Positions 49,075-60,734 of a stretch of 64,000 nucleotides of DNA are shown here, one piece after another; position 1 is the stretch's first letter, and each line of letters begins with the position of its first letter. The DNA is from Heterodontus francisci. Lineage: Eukaryota. The position numbers and the translations under genes are program-made. The stretch is from the NCBI RefSeq assembly GCF_036365525.1, contig NC_090409.1:39566437-39630436 (forward strand), given 5' to 3'. The notes under the pieces were generated by a model, which was given only the letters and a program-made list of their open reading frames with translations, made no database searches and had not been told where the DNA came from.

Positions 49075-52000
49075 CTAACTAATCATTTACCTGTTTATCT
49101 AATGACTGCCTCTGGACTTCAGCTCTCTGGTCTCACTGTCTCCTGCTCCCACTCTCGGATCACTCCTTGTCTTGTGAAAGACCAGAACAGCACCTCTTCC
49201 CTCCCTGCGCCGAATTCCCTCACTCACCAAATTGTCCGAGTGAAGTACTCTGTTGCAGCAGTACGCCATCGTGCTGGCCTCCATGCTGCTCACTTGGTGT
49301 GTAAGTAAAAACCAATTCCAAAGACCTGAATCAGGCCCTGCTGACTGGGTAAGCAGTTCTAACTCGTCACCTCATTAACTAACCGTGTAGCGACATGAGG
49401 GGAGGGCGGATCTTTTTTGGGCAGCGAGTGTTTGGGATGTGGAATGCGCTGCCTGAGAGTGTGGTGGAGGCACATTCAATGGTGGCTTTCAAAAGGGAAT
49501 TGGATAATGATGTGGAGTAAAGTTGTGCCAGGGCTAGGGGAGGTAAAGGCGGGGGGCAGTGGGACTAGCTGAGTTGCTCTGACAGAGAGCCAGCACAGAC
49601 AGGACGGGCCGAATGGCCTCCTCCTCTGCTCTCACCATTCTCTCATTCCATTCACTTCAACCCCTTCTCCCTCCAAGGGCTTCTCCTGGCGCCAGTGTGT
49701 CAGGCTCACACTGCCGAGTGTGTGTGTGTAAGCTTCACACTACTGCTCCTGTGTGTCTGCATAGATTGCAGATAGAATTCACACAGTCTCTGCATTAGAA
49801 ATAGAAAAGCTCAGCAATCTCACACAATATCAGCTGAGTCCACATTGCCTCACAGCTGATTCTTATTTCTAATCTTTACAGTGGCGAGTGTCTGACATTA
49901 AACTGAAATATCCCACAGCCTCTCTTCATATCTATCTCTTCAATTCAATCATTATGGATCTGACTGCTGTCATATATAATGTTTTATACACTTCCTACAT
50001 TTCCTGTTCCTGATCTCTGTCTCTCCTGTTGAAATCTTGGCGCCTCTCTCGGGGAAGGAGCTGGGCTGTGATGCCTCCCACAGTCAAATAGCCTGTCTAC
50101 ATCCAGTGTGACACCAGAAAGCGCCTGGAGACCGCAGAACCGTCTGGAACGAAGGTCTTGGCCATAAACGAGTTTGTTTTGGTGTGTAATGTTTATTGGA
50201 CAACATATTTAAAATTTGTACAACAAAGGGATTTGGGGGAAGTGGTTCCTGAAGATCAGGTGTTGAGGAACAAGTCTGCATCCCTGATAATGAGTTACTC
50301 TGTCAACCTCCTGATTGATTAAATGCTGGGTCAGAGGGGTTTGATCTGGTTAGGCCCCATCTGGAGTCACTGTGTTCAGTCTGGGCACCGCCCCTCAGGA
50401 TGGATATATTTCCCGTGGAGAGGGTGCAGTGCAGATTCAGCAGAATGATACTGGAGTGAAAAGGGTTAAATTACAAGGACAGGTTGCACAGATGAGGCTT
50501 GTATTCCCTTTTCTATCAAAAATTAAAAGGTGATCTAATCGCTGTGTTTAAGGTAATTAAAGGATTTGACAGGATAAATAGGAGAGCCAACACAGATTAG
50601 ATGGGCTGAACAGCCTCATTCTGAGCTGTAACTATTGTTTAATTGAGTTCTCTCCCCCTACATGCCCCATCCAGGTCAATATCCCTGAACCAACATCACT
50701 TTAAATAAAACTGATGATCTGAATCATTATCACTTTGCTGTCCATGGGATCTTGCTGTGCACAAGGTAGCTGCTGCATTTCCTACATTACAACAGTAACT
50801 ACATTTGAAAAAGTACTTCCCTGATTGTGAAACACTTTGGGAATGTCCTGAGGTGGTGAAAGACGCTATATAAATGTAAACTCTTTCTTTTATAGAGAGT
50901 TTCAGAAATGCTCACACTATCAAAGCTCGACAGTCCTGTCACATCCAGTCTTGAACAGTGGGGAACAATTAAACAACAGGAGGAGGAGGCTCCATGAACA
51001 TCTCCATCCTCCGTGATGGGGGAGCCCAGCACCAGTGAAAAAGACCAGGCTGAAGTGATCACAACCATCTTCAGCTGGAAGTGCCGACTGGATGATCCAT
51101 CCCGGCCTCTTCCTGAGATCCCACAATCACAGATACCGTCATCAGACAATTCAATTCACTCCAGTTAGGATCAAGAGACTTCCTGCCTGTACACAGCAGC
51201 ATCTCTGTTCAGGCAGTGACGGACAGAGTCATTAAACATAACAAGACTGTACATTCACTAATATTAACACTGACTTCTCTTTAATCAGAGATTAAATCAA
51301 AAATTACATATAGAAAAGTAACATTAATTATACAGAATAGAGGTACAGATATAGACAAAATCTATAGGACTCAGTTTCAATTGTAGAAAACATGTATAAA
51401 ATATTTACAGTATAAATTACATATAAAAACAGTGACAATGAGGACCTGGACTGCACAGAGAGAGAGATCGGAGTCCAAGATATACAAATCATTAAAAGCT
51501 GGTGAACAGGCACAGATCCTTGAATTAATAAATATTGCTCGAGTGCAAAAGTGAGGACTTTCTGGTAAACCTTCATAAATTCACCAGTTTCAGCCTCAGC
51601 TGGAGTATTGAGTCTGGGGATCACACTTTAGGGAGGATGTCAAGGCTTTGGAGAGGAGATTTACTAGAATGGTTCCAGGGTGAGAGACTTCAGTAATAGA
51701 AACCACAGAAGGAGCCCATTCAGCCCATTGTGTCAGCACAGCCGAAAAAAACTGGCCGCCCAATATAATATGTGGAGACTGGAGAAGCCACAGGCAGTTT
51801 CAATCTGTAAAATATCTAGAAGATGGAATCTGTATATAAACAGTTACTGGCAATAATGTCGCTGCTGGTTTTGCCCAGTGGATGCTGCTGCACAGAGTTT
51901 CTGAAGCCTCTTCCCATGGTCACCACTGTGGGAGAACCATCGCTACAAGGACTGCAGTGGTTCAAGTAGAGATGGACAATAAATGGGGCCCTGCCAGTAT

Positions 52001-53000
52001 CACCCACACTGAGAACAGGTTAATAAATTCATCAGAAACTGCCTGATGTTCCCACTGTTTGGACCGAGGCGGGAGGAGTGCACTGTTAATTCAGTCCCGC
52101 TTCTCCACCGATCACAACATATTCTTTAAGTTTTCCATTTGTTGAAACAATTCCCCAGAATAAAACACACTAACCAGGTTTCTTTACCAAACAAAATTAA
52201 CAGATTATAAAACAATTCTTAACTAGTAATACAGTAAAACAATATCACAGATCAAATTTTTAAATATCCAATATTAGATTTTAAAATGTCCCCTTTACCT
52301 TAGTTCCTTCACACTCATACACTCCTATACATAAATCAGTTAACCGGAAAAAGAAAAAGAATTTAGATTAGAGCTCTGTTACAGACAAAAACACAAATAG
52401 ATCACGTGTCCACCCCAAAAAGAATAGCAGATGAGACTCACTGCACCAAAGAAGCACACAGTCCAACGTCTGAGCAACTGTTACAGAATCTTCCAGAATT
52501 AGTTCTCTTCAGGCAGTGTTGAAAAGCAATTTAGCTGGCCTTGTTAAAATGCAGGAACATGACAAATTAACATGCTGAACTTCAGAGTCTTTGAGGGAAT
52601 TGAGAGTAAAAGCACTGGGTTGTAGTCTTCTGTTCTTCCTTGGAATTCTTTCCTTATTTTGTCCTTCTTTGGCACTTTAGTAGCACTTGACTTTTGTCTC
52701 CTTCCAGAAGGTACCACACACACGCACTGACTGACAACCAAACAGCTTGGCAGTTCTCTGCCCACCCAGATGTTCTCTGTTGTTACTGGACTTGTCAATT
52801 TCTGCCCTTTGCCATGGCTTCTGTTCTAAGCCGAGCCCAACCAGGTGACAAACTGTTGCCAATTGGCCCTCACTGTCTTCTTGAGTGAAAAACATTTAGC
52901 TTAATTATAAATTCCTTTATTTTATTAAATAATTTTTTAAAAGTCACTTTCATAAAACCACTCGCTCATAAAGAGGATATTTTGGAAGTTACCATCTCAC
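49075..53000 (+). repeat. Left arm of the inverted duplication flanking gene B
   Basis: 49075-50290 is the reverse complement of 61915-63272; 51795-52055 plus 52958-53000 is the reverse complement of 60735-61040. Near-identical ORFs on opposite strands (49099/63053, 51816/60822, 49613/62410). Confidence 0.92.
52056..52957. mobile_element. Solo LTR (about 900 bp) with CCAC target-site duplication
   Basis: CCAC at 52052-52055 and 52958-52961, TGTT start. The empty site is preserved in the opposite arm at about 60765-60785. Confidence 0.8.
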
Positions 53001-53312
53001 ACAGGGAGTGATCAATGGGTTTCACAGCTGAAGTTGGTCCTGTGTGTTCCTGAGACTGGGTTTGGACACAGTGTGTATCAGTAACACTGAGATATAATGT
53101 AATATCAATCAGACAGGTTTTCTAGTAAAGGGACAACACTGTCACTGGGTGATTATCTCAAGACTCTGCTGGTCAGAGGGGTTTGTGCAGAGTGGGAAGT
53201 GATTGTTGATCCCAATCCTGAGCTCAGACTTTCCACCAGGATTCACTGGATAACCACAATACTGGGCTGATTTTCCCCTCCCTGACCCAGGCTCAGTGCA
53301 GTGTAAACTCAG

Positions 53313-53487
53313 TTAGTGCTGGACAGCCCCGTTCCCCAGAAGGTTTTGTTCTCCAGCTGCTCCATTCTGATGCTCAGGTGCTGTTGTGAAACATGGGACC
53401 TTGTGACCTGAACAAGTCACCCCTGTCAAAGGGACGACATTAGATGCTTCATTTTGATTGATGCTGTGATGATTTTGAACACAATTC
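53313..53487 (-). CDS. Gene B last exon: cytoplasmic tail (W)NCVQNHHSINQNEASNVVPLTGVTCSGHKVPCFTTAPEHQNGAAGEQNLLGNGAVQH*
   Basis: Acceptor ttttctctcccag, phase 2, open to TAA at 53315-53313. Confidence 0.78.
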
Positions 53488-54646
53488 CTGGGAGAGAAAA
53501 ATCAGCAGAGTTTATGTTACATTAAAAGAATCCAACACTTTGTACAAGTGTGTAAAGGAGCTGTTCAGGAGCACAGACCAATTAAATTACACTCAACATC
53601 CTGGGCACCAATGGCAGCTGGAAAATGGGTCACAGGAGCTGCACGGTGATGGAGCACAGAGTGTAGAGGAGAGGAGGCTTATAGAGGAGGCAATGGGCAA
53701 GAGCTGGACACTCCATGGGACCTGTGCTGACCGAGGCACCAGACCAATAGAAAAATGACAACTCACCTCAACATTGGAGATTAAGAAGAATTGATGAAGA
53801 TCTCGGTTAACACTGAGCTGAAGATGATGGGGATCAGATCAGACAGGAGGAGGCTGGTAATGTCCGTACTCTCCAGACTGATCCTGAATTATTGAGAGGA
53901 GCCACAGATGGACAGGATATTCCCGGATGTGATCAAACCCGACCCAGCAGTGACCAAACAGGCTGACGGAGGCAGAAATATTGTGATGGGGGAAAAGAGT
54001 CAGAGGACAGAGTTAGAGAATCTGCAATAGTTTCCCCCCCACAACTGGCAGATGGGTAAGAGATGGGCAGGGAGATGTGGATGTTGAGGGAGGCAGAGAA
54101 ATGCAACGTATTTTATTGTTAGTGATCAAAACCACTGATGGTCAGGTCAAGGGATGAGAGTGGACACAGGGTATATCACAGAAGCGGAGGTAGGTGGTAT
54201 TAGAGTGATGGGAGAGAATATGGAGTCAGAAGCTCAGCTCAGGGTCTGATAGGACTCCGAGGTTGTGAACAGTCTGGTTCAGCCTCAGACAGTGGCCAGG
54301 GAGGGGGATGGAGTCAGTGACTGGGGAACAGAGCAAGGATCAGAGGCTGGTGAAAAGTCAGGAGAGGGGACAAGTGGATTTTAGGTGTAGGCTGGTGAGT
54401 TGTTTGCTGCAGAGATTAGGCGAGTGTCTATTAACTGTGTGATAGAGGGAGCCGCACATTCCTGCTCTTCACCTTCAGTTCAGCAGCTAGAGGATGACAA
54501 CAAGCTGGAAGTGACTGGATAATGCAGCATTGAAACATCCTACACAGCACAAAGTGTATCAGTGCACACAACATTTCCACAACACCAAATATAATAAAAC
54601 AAAACTAGAATTAACAATGGGAACTGCAGATCATTCCAGAACTCAC

Positions 54647-54761
54647 CATCTTTGTCGCTTTAGGAAAACCAGAATTATGCAAAGAAGAACAAGAATTATG
54701 CAAATAAGAACAAGAATTGCGATGACCAATCCAACTACTGCTCCAGTAGAGGGTCCAGGAG
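54647..54761 (-). CDS. Gene B transmembrane exon APGPSTGAVVGLVIAILVLICIILVLLCIILVFLKRQR(W)
   Basis: Acceptor ctgtctttag, donor GTGAGT, phase 1 to 2; matches ORF 54643-54831. Confidence 0.88.
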
Positions 54762-55049
54762 CTAAAGACAGAATGAAGCCGTTAACAGACTGGGACACAC
54801 TAACAAAACTAACAGCAGAGACAGTCAGCACCTAGTGTTTCAGAACCATCCCCAGTACAAACACATCCCTGGTCAATTCTAGTCCTGGAGGAATGTGGGA
54901 GACTAAATATCAATAATCTCACACACACACACACTGCCCCACAGTCTGATAGATACATGCTTTCCAATGGAGATAACTGGACACTGACCAGCAGCAGCTT
55001 CCCTTCAATTAAACCCAACAGCCCGCTGAAATAGAGCAGGAATTTTAAA

Positions 55050-55560
55050 CTCGTGAAAATCACAGGATTGGATGGATGCTGGTTTACATCCAGCTCCTGG
55101 AGTTCCCGGAAAGATGGGAAAAGATTTGGAAGGTGACAACACATTAAAGGATTTGGGAGGGGAAAGGGAGGTAGGAGATGGGACAGTAGTTTCCGAAGGT
55201 TAAGGGTTATTTTTTTTGAGGATCGGGATGATCTCGCCAGATTTACAGGAGAGGCAGATAACACCTGGAGACAAGCATTTACAATATCGACTAACATTAC
55301 AACCAAGAGGGAAAGGTGGGTGTTCGGTAGTTTAGCAGGAACAGGATCAAGGGAACAGGAGGTGGGTCTCATGGACATGATGAGCTCAAACAGGGAATGA
55401 GTGGAAATAGGAGAGAAACCAGAGAAAGATGGGAGTTCAGGGTTAGGGCAGGATTATAGGAAGTTTGGCCAGGTGTGCTAGTGGAAGGGAGGGACAGGAC
55501 AGAGGCAGCTGATCGAATGGTCTCGAACGTAGTGACAGAACAGTCCATGAGCTCCTCGCA
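55050..55560 (-). mobile_element. L2-type LINE fragment in a copy B intron
   Basis: PTSCSLDPVPAKL, followed by a degraded KK..L...NYRPIS.LPF-like segment. Confidence 0.7.
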
Positions 55561-55642
55561 CGTATTGTTGGACTTATTACCCATTCAGTGTGAGCATATG
55601 TAAAATCTAAAAACACATGCAGTAGTTTAGAAACAGATTTAC

Positions 55643-55696
55643 CTGGTACAGGTGTGTTCAGTACAGGTGTGTTCAGTACAGGTGTACGAGTTCGCT
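55643..55696 (-). CDS. Gene B stalk exon homolog ERTRTPVLNTPVLNTPVP with mutated splice acceptor (probably skipped)
   Basis: Aligned to 14834-14887. The donor is intact, but acceptor ttcttCAG has become ttcttTGG. Confidence 0.5.
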
Positions 55697-55769
55697 CCAA
55701 AGAAAACATCATGTGTTTAGTATTGTGTGTGACGGTAGACAGGCAATTGCTCACACCTGAAGATCTAAT

Positions 55770-57300
55770 ACATAGTTTACAACAAAAATGCATTTCTTTA
55801 ATGTAAAAAATCCCAGCAAGAAAAGTGTTCCAACTGTAGCTAACAAAAGAAATCAAGGATTGTATTGGAGCAAAGGAAGAGGCGTATAAAGTTGCCAAAA
55901 AAATGTTAATCCTGAGGATTGGGAACATTTCAAAATTCTGCAAAGGAGGACCGGGAAGAAGTTTAAGAAAGGGAAAATAGAATACGAGAGTAAATTAGCG
56001 AGAAACATAAAAACAGACTGTAAAAGCTTCTCCAGATCTGTAAAACAGAAAAGATTAGCAAAGACAAATGTGGGTCCATTACAAACAGACTTAGGAGAAT
56101 TTATAATTGGGAACAAGGGCGGCACAGTGGTTAACACTGCAGCCTCACAGCTCCAGTGACCCGGGTTCAGTCTGGGTACCGCCTGTGCAGAGTTTGCAAG
56201 CTCTCTCTCTGACCATGTGGGTTTCCTCCGGGTGCTCCGGTTTCCTTGCGGGTTAATAGGTAAATAGGCCATTGTAAAAAAAAAAATTACCCCTAGCGTA
56301 GGTAGATAGTAGGAGAATTGAGGGGATGTGAGAAGGAAAATGGGATTAATGTAAATGGGTGGTTAATGGTCAGCGCGGACTCAGTGGGCCGAAGGGTTTG
56401 TTTTGGTGCTGTATCTCTCTTTGATTCTAAGGAAATGGCAGAGAAAATAAAACAAATACTTTGTGTCTGTCTTCACAGAGGAAAATACTAAAAAGCTCCC
56501 AGAAATAATGGAGAATCAAGGGACTAGTGTCAAGAAGGAACTGCAAGATATTAATATTCATTTAAAAAAAAGTACAAGAGAAATTAGTGGGACTGAAAGT
56601 AGATAAATCCTCTGGACCTGATGATCTATATCCCAGCATGTTGAAAGAGGTGGCTGTAGAGATGGTTGATGCATTAGTGGTCATCTTTCAAAATTCTGTA
56701 GACTCTGGAATGGTTCCCGCAGACTGGAAGGTGGTAAATGTAACCCAACTGTTTAAGAAAGGAGGGAGAGAGAAAACAGGGAACTACAGACCTGTTAGCC
56801 TAGACATCAGTCATAGGGAAAATGCTAGAATCTACAATAAAGGATGTGATAACTGGACACTTTGATAATAATGGTAGGATTGGGCAGAGTCAACCTGGAT
56901 TTATGAAAGGGAAGTCATGGTTTATAAACCTGTTGGAGTTTTTTTTTTGAGATGTAACTAACAGAATAGAAAAGGGAGGGAAGAGGTGGATGTGCTGTAA
57001 CTGGATTTTCAGAAAGCTTCTGAAAAAGTCCCACACAAGAGGTTGGTAAACAAAATGAGAACACATGGGATTGGAGTGAATATACTGGCAGGGATTGAGA
57101 ACTGGTTAACAGACAGAAAACAGAGAGTCGGAATAAATGGGTCATTTCCAGGTTGGCAGGTTGTTACAAGTGGGATACTACAAGGAACAGTGCTTGGGCC
57201 CAGCTATTCACAATCTAGATCAATGATTTGGATGTGGAGATCAATATTTTCAATTTTGCAGATGACACAAAACTAGGTGGAAGTGAGAGTTGCAAGGAGG
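55770..57300 (+). mobile_element. Decayed CR1 in copy B intron 3, containing a nested V-SINE
   Basis: LKVDKSSGPDDLYP, NYRPVSL, WLTDRKQRVGING, FADD. Confidence 0.88.
56117..56428 (+). mobile_element. V-SINE (HE1-like) nested in CR1
   Basis: Head gggcggcacagtggttaacactgcagcctcacagctcc, core gggtttcctccgggtgctccggtttcc, tail gggccgaaggg. Confidence 0.85.
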
Positions 57301-57500
57301 GCATGGGACCAGCTTTATATTTCCAAAATTATTTCAAACTGAATTCAAATTCTGAAAGTGCCATGGTGGGATTTGAACTCAAGTTCTCTGGATCATTAGT
57401 CCAGGCCTCTGGATTACTAGTCTAGTAACATAACCACTGCACTACCGTACCCATAAAATCAGAGAGTAAATGCAGAATACCTGAAACAGAAACCTCTCAC

Positions 57501-57833
57501 CTGTTACAAAGAGATGAACATCTTGATGAAAGACTGGAGTCTCCCTCTGTTGAATCTCACACCGATACTCATTCTGGTCTGACTGCCTGAGGTCAGAGAT
57601 CATAACTGACCAGTTGCCTTGTTCCAGTTGATCTTTGAACAGGTTTGTTCTGTTTCTGAACTGCGGGTCTTGTAGTGTCAAATCATCGTTCCCATTGACA
57701 AAATTATGTAAAACTCCACGATTGGATATCCACCAAATTACCTGTGAATCAGAGACTGGGACATTCTCTTTGTAGATACAGGGCAGCACAACCTGCTCCC
57801 CAATGAACCCAGAAACTGGGACAGACGAGTAAC
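57501..57833 (-). CDS. Gene B Ig V-set domain exon (B7/butyrophilin type)
   Basis: 333-nt phase 1-1 exon. Both Cys and the Trp are retained; 15 of 111 aa differ from copy A by my count. Confidence 0.93.
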
Positions 57834-58944
57834 CTGGAAAAGATTGAAAGTATTTATCCACAGATATAACCTCCCTGCTGGTACATTCCATCCCAAGCTT
57901 CACATGATTACACTGCGATGCTTGATTTACAAGAAGCACTGATCAGTAACTCACTGCTTTCATTTCTGTGGGAAGGTTAAAGGTCAGGCATTAAGGACCT
58001 TCAACTAAAACCAGCTTGTGCTGGATATTTGTATCCACAGAGCAGCTGGACAGCACTTTGAATCGTGTGTTTCCCATTGTACACATGCTGGGAGAACACA
58101 TCAGGATATTGGTCACCCTGCCCACCTCCCCCCTTTGGGAGAACAATGACAGACTGGGGGTGCACAATGTGAGGTGGAGCTCAGGAGCAGAAAACTGACC
58201 CTGAAATGTAAAGACAGGAACAGATGGGGGAGGGGGTACCCGAGGATGTGGAAAGGGCTTTGGACAGGTTGGGGGGGGGGGGACAATGACGGACGAGTAC
58301 ACTGTGTCGGGGGTGAGGCAGCACCTGATGGTCTGAAAGGGGCCGAGGCAATGTGGATCCTCATCTCCCTCCACCACTAACCTGTCAGACCTTGCTCCTC
58401 ACCCCAATACGGCCAGACTCTGCCCCCTCCCAGGACCCAAAACCCAATGCCCAGTCCTGATGACCCTACTCCCCATGCTCAGAGGCAATTCCCAGTTCTA
58501 TTTGATCCAGGACTGTCCCAGATTCCTGATCCCAGTGCTCAGGACCCCATCCCAGTGTCACCGAGTGTTGCTCAGTGTCCAGATTCCACTGTTCACATCA
58601 CAGGGGTTAATCTGAAGACATTAACTGCCTTCCTTTCAGGTCTCATGATCATTATGTGTAATGTGAACCGACTGTGTCCACTTCCTCAATGGGCCCACTC
58701 ACAGTGAACACAGCACCTCAAAGCAAGATGAATTCCTGATATAATGAAGACTATTCCCCAGTAATATACACATTACTGATTTCAGTCCCAGACACCCAGA
58801 CAAATGTTCTTTCCAGGAGACAGCTAACTGCACTCTGTATAAATTCACAAGGTTAGCACCATCCAGGAAGATCAATCCTGATATAATCCATGTCACCAGC
58901 AGCCCCGAGCTCTGCTGAAATGTGAGAGCAGTCACAGCGTTTAC

Positions 58945-59008
58945 CTGAAACAGCAGCAACAGCATTTAACAGCAGCAGCAGGAGGAGGAGTTTCTGTAAG
59001 TTGGGTCC
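58945..59008 (-). CDS. Gene B exon 2: signal peptide GPNLQKLLLLLLLLNAVAAVS(G)
   Basis: Acceptor ttcttgttgcag, donor GTAAAC, 64 nt. Confidence 0.88.
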
Positions 59009-59084
59009 CTGCAACAAGAAAACACAGTTACCCCCCTTTACCACAGTTTCTTGCTGCTCATGTCCATTTCTGAACCGGGACAGG

Positions 59085-59365
59085 ACACAGTCCATGGTCC
59101 CTCTCCCCATTACTGACCCCCCTCCCTCCCGGCTCTGAGACACATTGAGACCGGGAGCAGCCCTGACACAGTCCATGGTCCCTCTCCCCATTACTGACCC
59201 CCCTCCCTCCCGGCTCTGAGACACATTGAGACTGGGAGCAGCCCTAACACAGTCCATGGTCCCTCTCCCCATTACTGACCCCCCTCCCTCCCGGCTCTGA
59301 GGCACATTGAGACCGGGAGCAGCCCTAACACAGTCCATGGTCCCTCTCCCCATTACTGACCCCCC
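59085..59365. repeat. 81-bp VNTR in intron 1 of gene B (about 3.5 units)
   Basis: Same unit as 27875-30655. Confidence 0.95.
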
Positions 59366-59387
59366 CGGTGTGAGACACTGACAATAC

Positions 59388-59408
59388 CTGCAGCGCTTTT
59401 CCATCCAT
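59388..59408 (-). CDS. Gene B exon 1 coding part MDGKALQ
   Basis: ATG GAT GGA AAA GCG CTG CAG followed by gtattg. Spliced product is 235 aa without the stalk exon, 253 aa with it. Confidence 0.75.
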
Positions 59409-59479
59409 TGTCCCGATCCTGGATCACTAGCTCCTGGACACAGTAACACTGACACTGCTGCTCTGGTTGTATCTTTTCT

Positions 59480-59580
59480 CATTTGAATTTCCCGCGTTGA
59501 TCAATCTGACCAATTGGGGACTAACATAATCATTCAGCCAATCAGGTGGCGGCACCTAAAATCTGCCCAATCAAAATGCT
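59480..59580 (-). promoter_or_regulatory. Putative proximal promoter of gene B (several CCAAT boxes, overlapping kB-like/E2F-like motif)
   Basis: gaatttcccgc at 59485-59495; CCAAT near 59510, 59538 and 59567. Motif evidence only. Confidence 0.4.
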
Positions 59581-60219
59581 GCTTATTTTTAAAGAGCAAT
59601 TTCTTGCTGAAGATCTCAGGGTTCCATTTTCTAGTGAATCAGTGAAATAATGAATTGGTGTTTGCTGACTGTAAATTAACATTCTGTATTGTATAAAACT
59701 TGTATAAAGATTCTCTATCTTCCATGATCTTGCCCTGTCATCAGTCCAGGACAGATATTTGAGATTCCCCTGTGTGGGATTCAGTGGGTTTAGTGTGAGG
59801 GGATCACGAGGTTCAGACCTTTCACTGGCTGAATGCCCTGGGCTGGGTTTTTATTGTGAGTGAAGGGGTCCCAGTGATGGGGGAAGGCAGCGGTTAACCC
59901 CCGCCTCAACCCTGAATTCCAGGGCAGGCAGACAATTAACCCCCTGCCATCGGGGTCTCTGTCTCTTTAAGGAGGGGGATCCGGCCACCAGGAGCTGCCA
60001 GTCAATCAGAGGGTCACCGGGAGCAGTGTTCGAGCCCTGGGTCTCAGGTCAGTGTGGTGGGCTCACTGGGACCAGTCCAGCAGCCCCCGGCGAGGGATGG
60101 AGGGGCACTCCACCCCCTCCAACCCCTCCCAACTCTCACTATTTTATTGGGCCTCCCAGCCTTTCTCCCAAGGCCCATAAAATTCAACTCTATGTGATTC
60201 TCTGTCTTCCATGATCTTG

Positions 60220-60730
60220 TGATTGCATTGGAGGGGGTGCAGAGGCGATTCACCAGGATGTTGCCTGGGATGGAACATTTAAGCTATGAAGAGAGGTTGG
60301 ATAGGCTTGGGTTGTTTTCACTGGAGCAGAGAAGACTGAGGGGTGACCTGATCGAGGTGTACAAGATTATGAGGGACATGGACAGGGTGGATAGGGAGCA
60401 GCTGTTCCCCTTAGTTGAAGGGTCAGTTACGAGGGGTCACAAGTTTAAGGTGAGGGGCGGGAGGTTTAAGGGGGATTTGAGGAAGAACTTTTTTACCCAG
60501 AGGGTGGTGACGGTCTGGAATGCACTGCCTGGGAGGGTGGTAGAGGCAGGTTGCCTCACATCCTTTAAAAAGTACCTGGATGAGCACTTGGCACGTCATA
60601 ACCTTCAAGGCCATGGGCCAAGTGCTGGCAAATGGGATTAGGTAGACAGGTCAGGTGTTTTAATGCATCAGGGCAGACTCGATGGGCCGAAGGGCCTCTT
60701 CTGCACTGTATTATTCTGTGATTCTGTGAT
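60220..60730 (+). mobile_element. CR1 3' end with (ATTCTGTG)n tail
   Basis: ORF 60219-60641 [15 protein letters not shown]...FFTQRVV.VWNALP. Confidence 0.93.
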
Positions 60731-60734
60731 ATGT

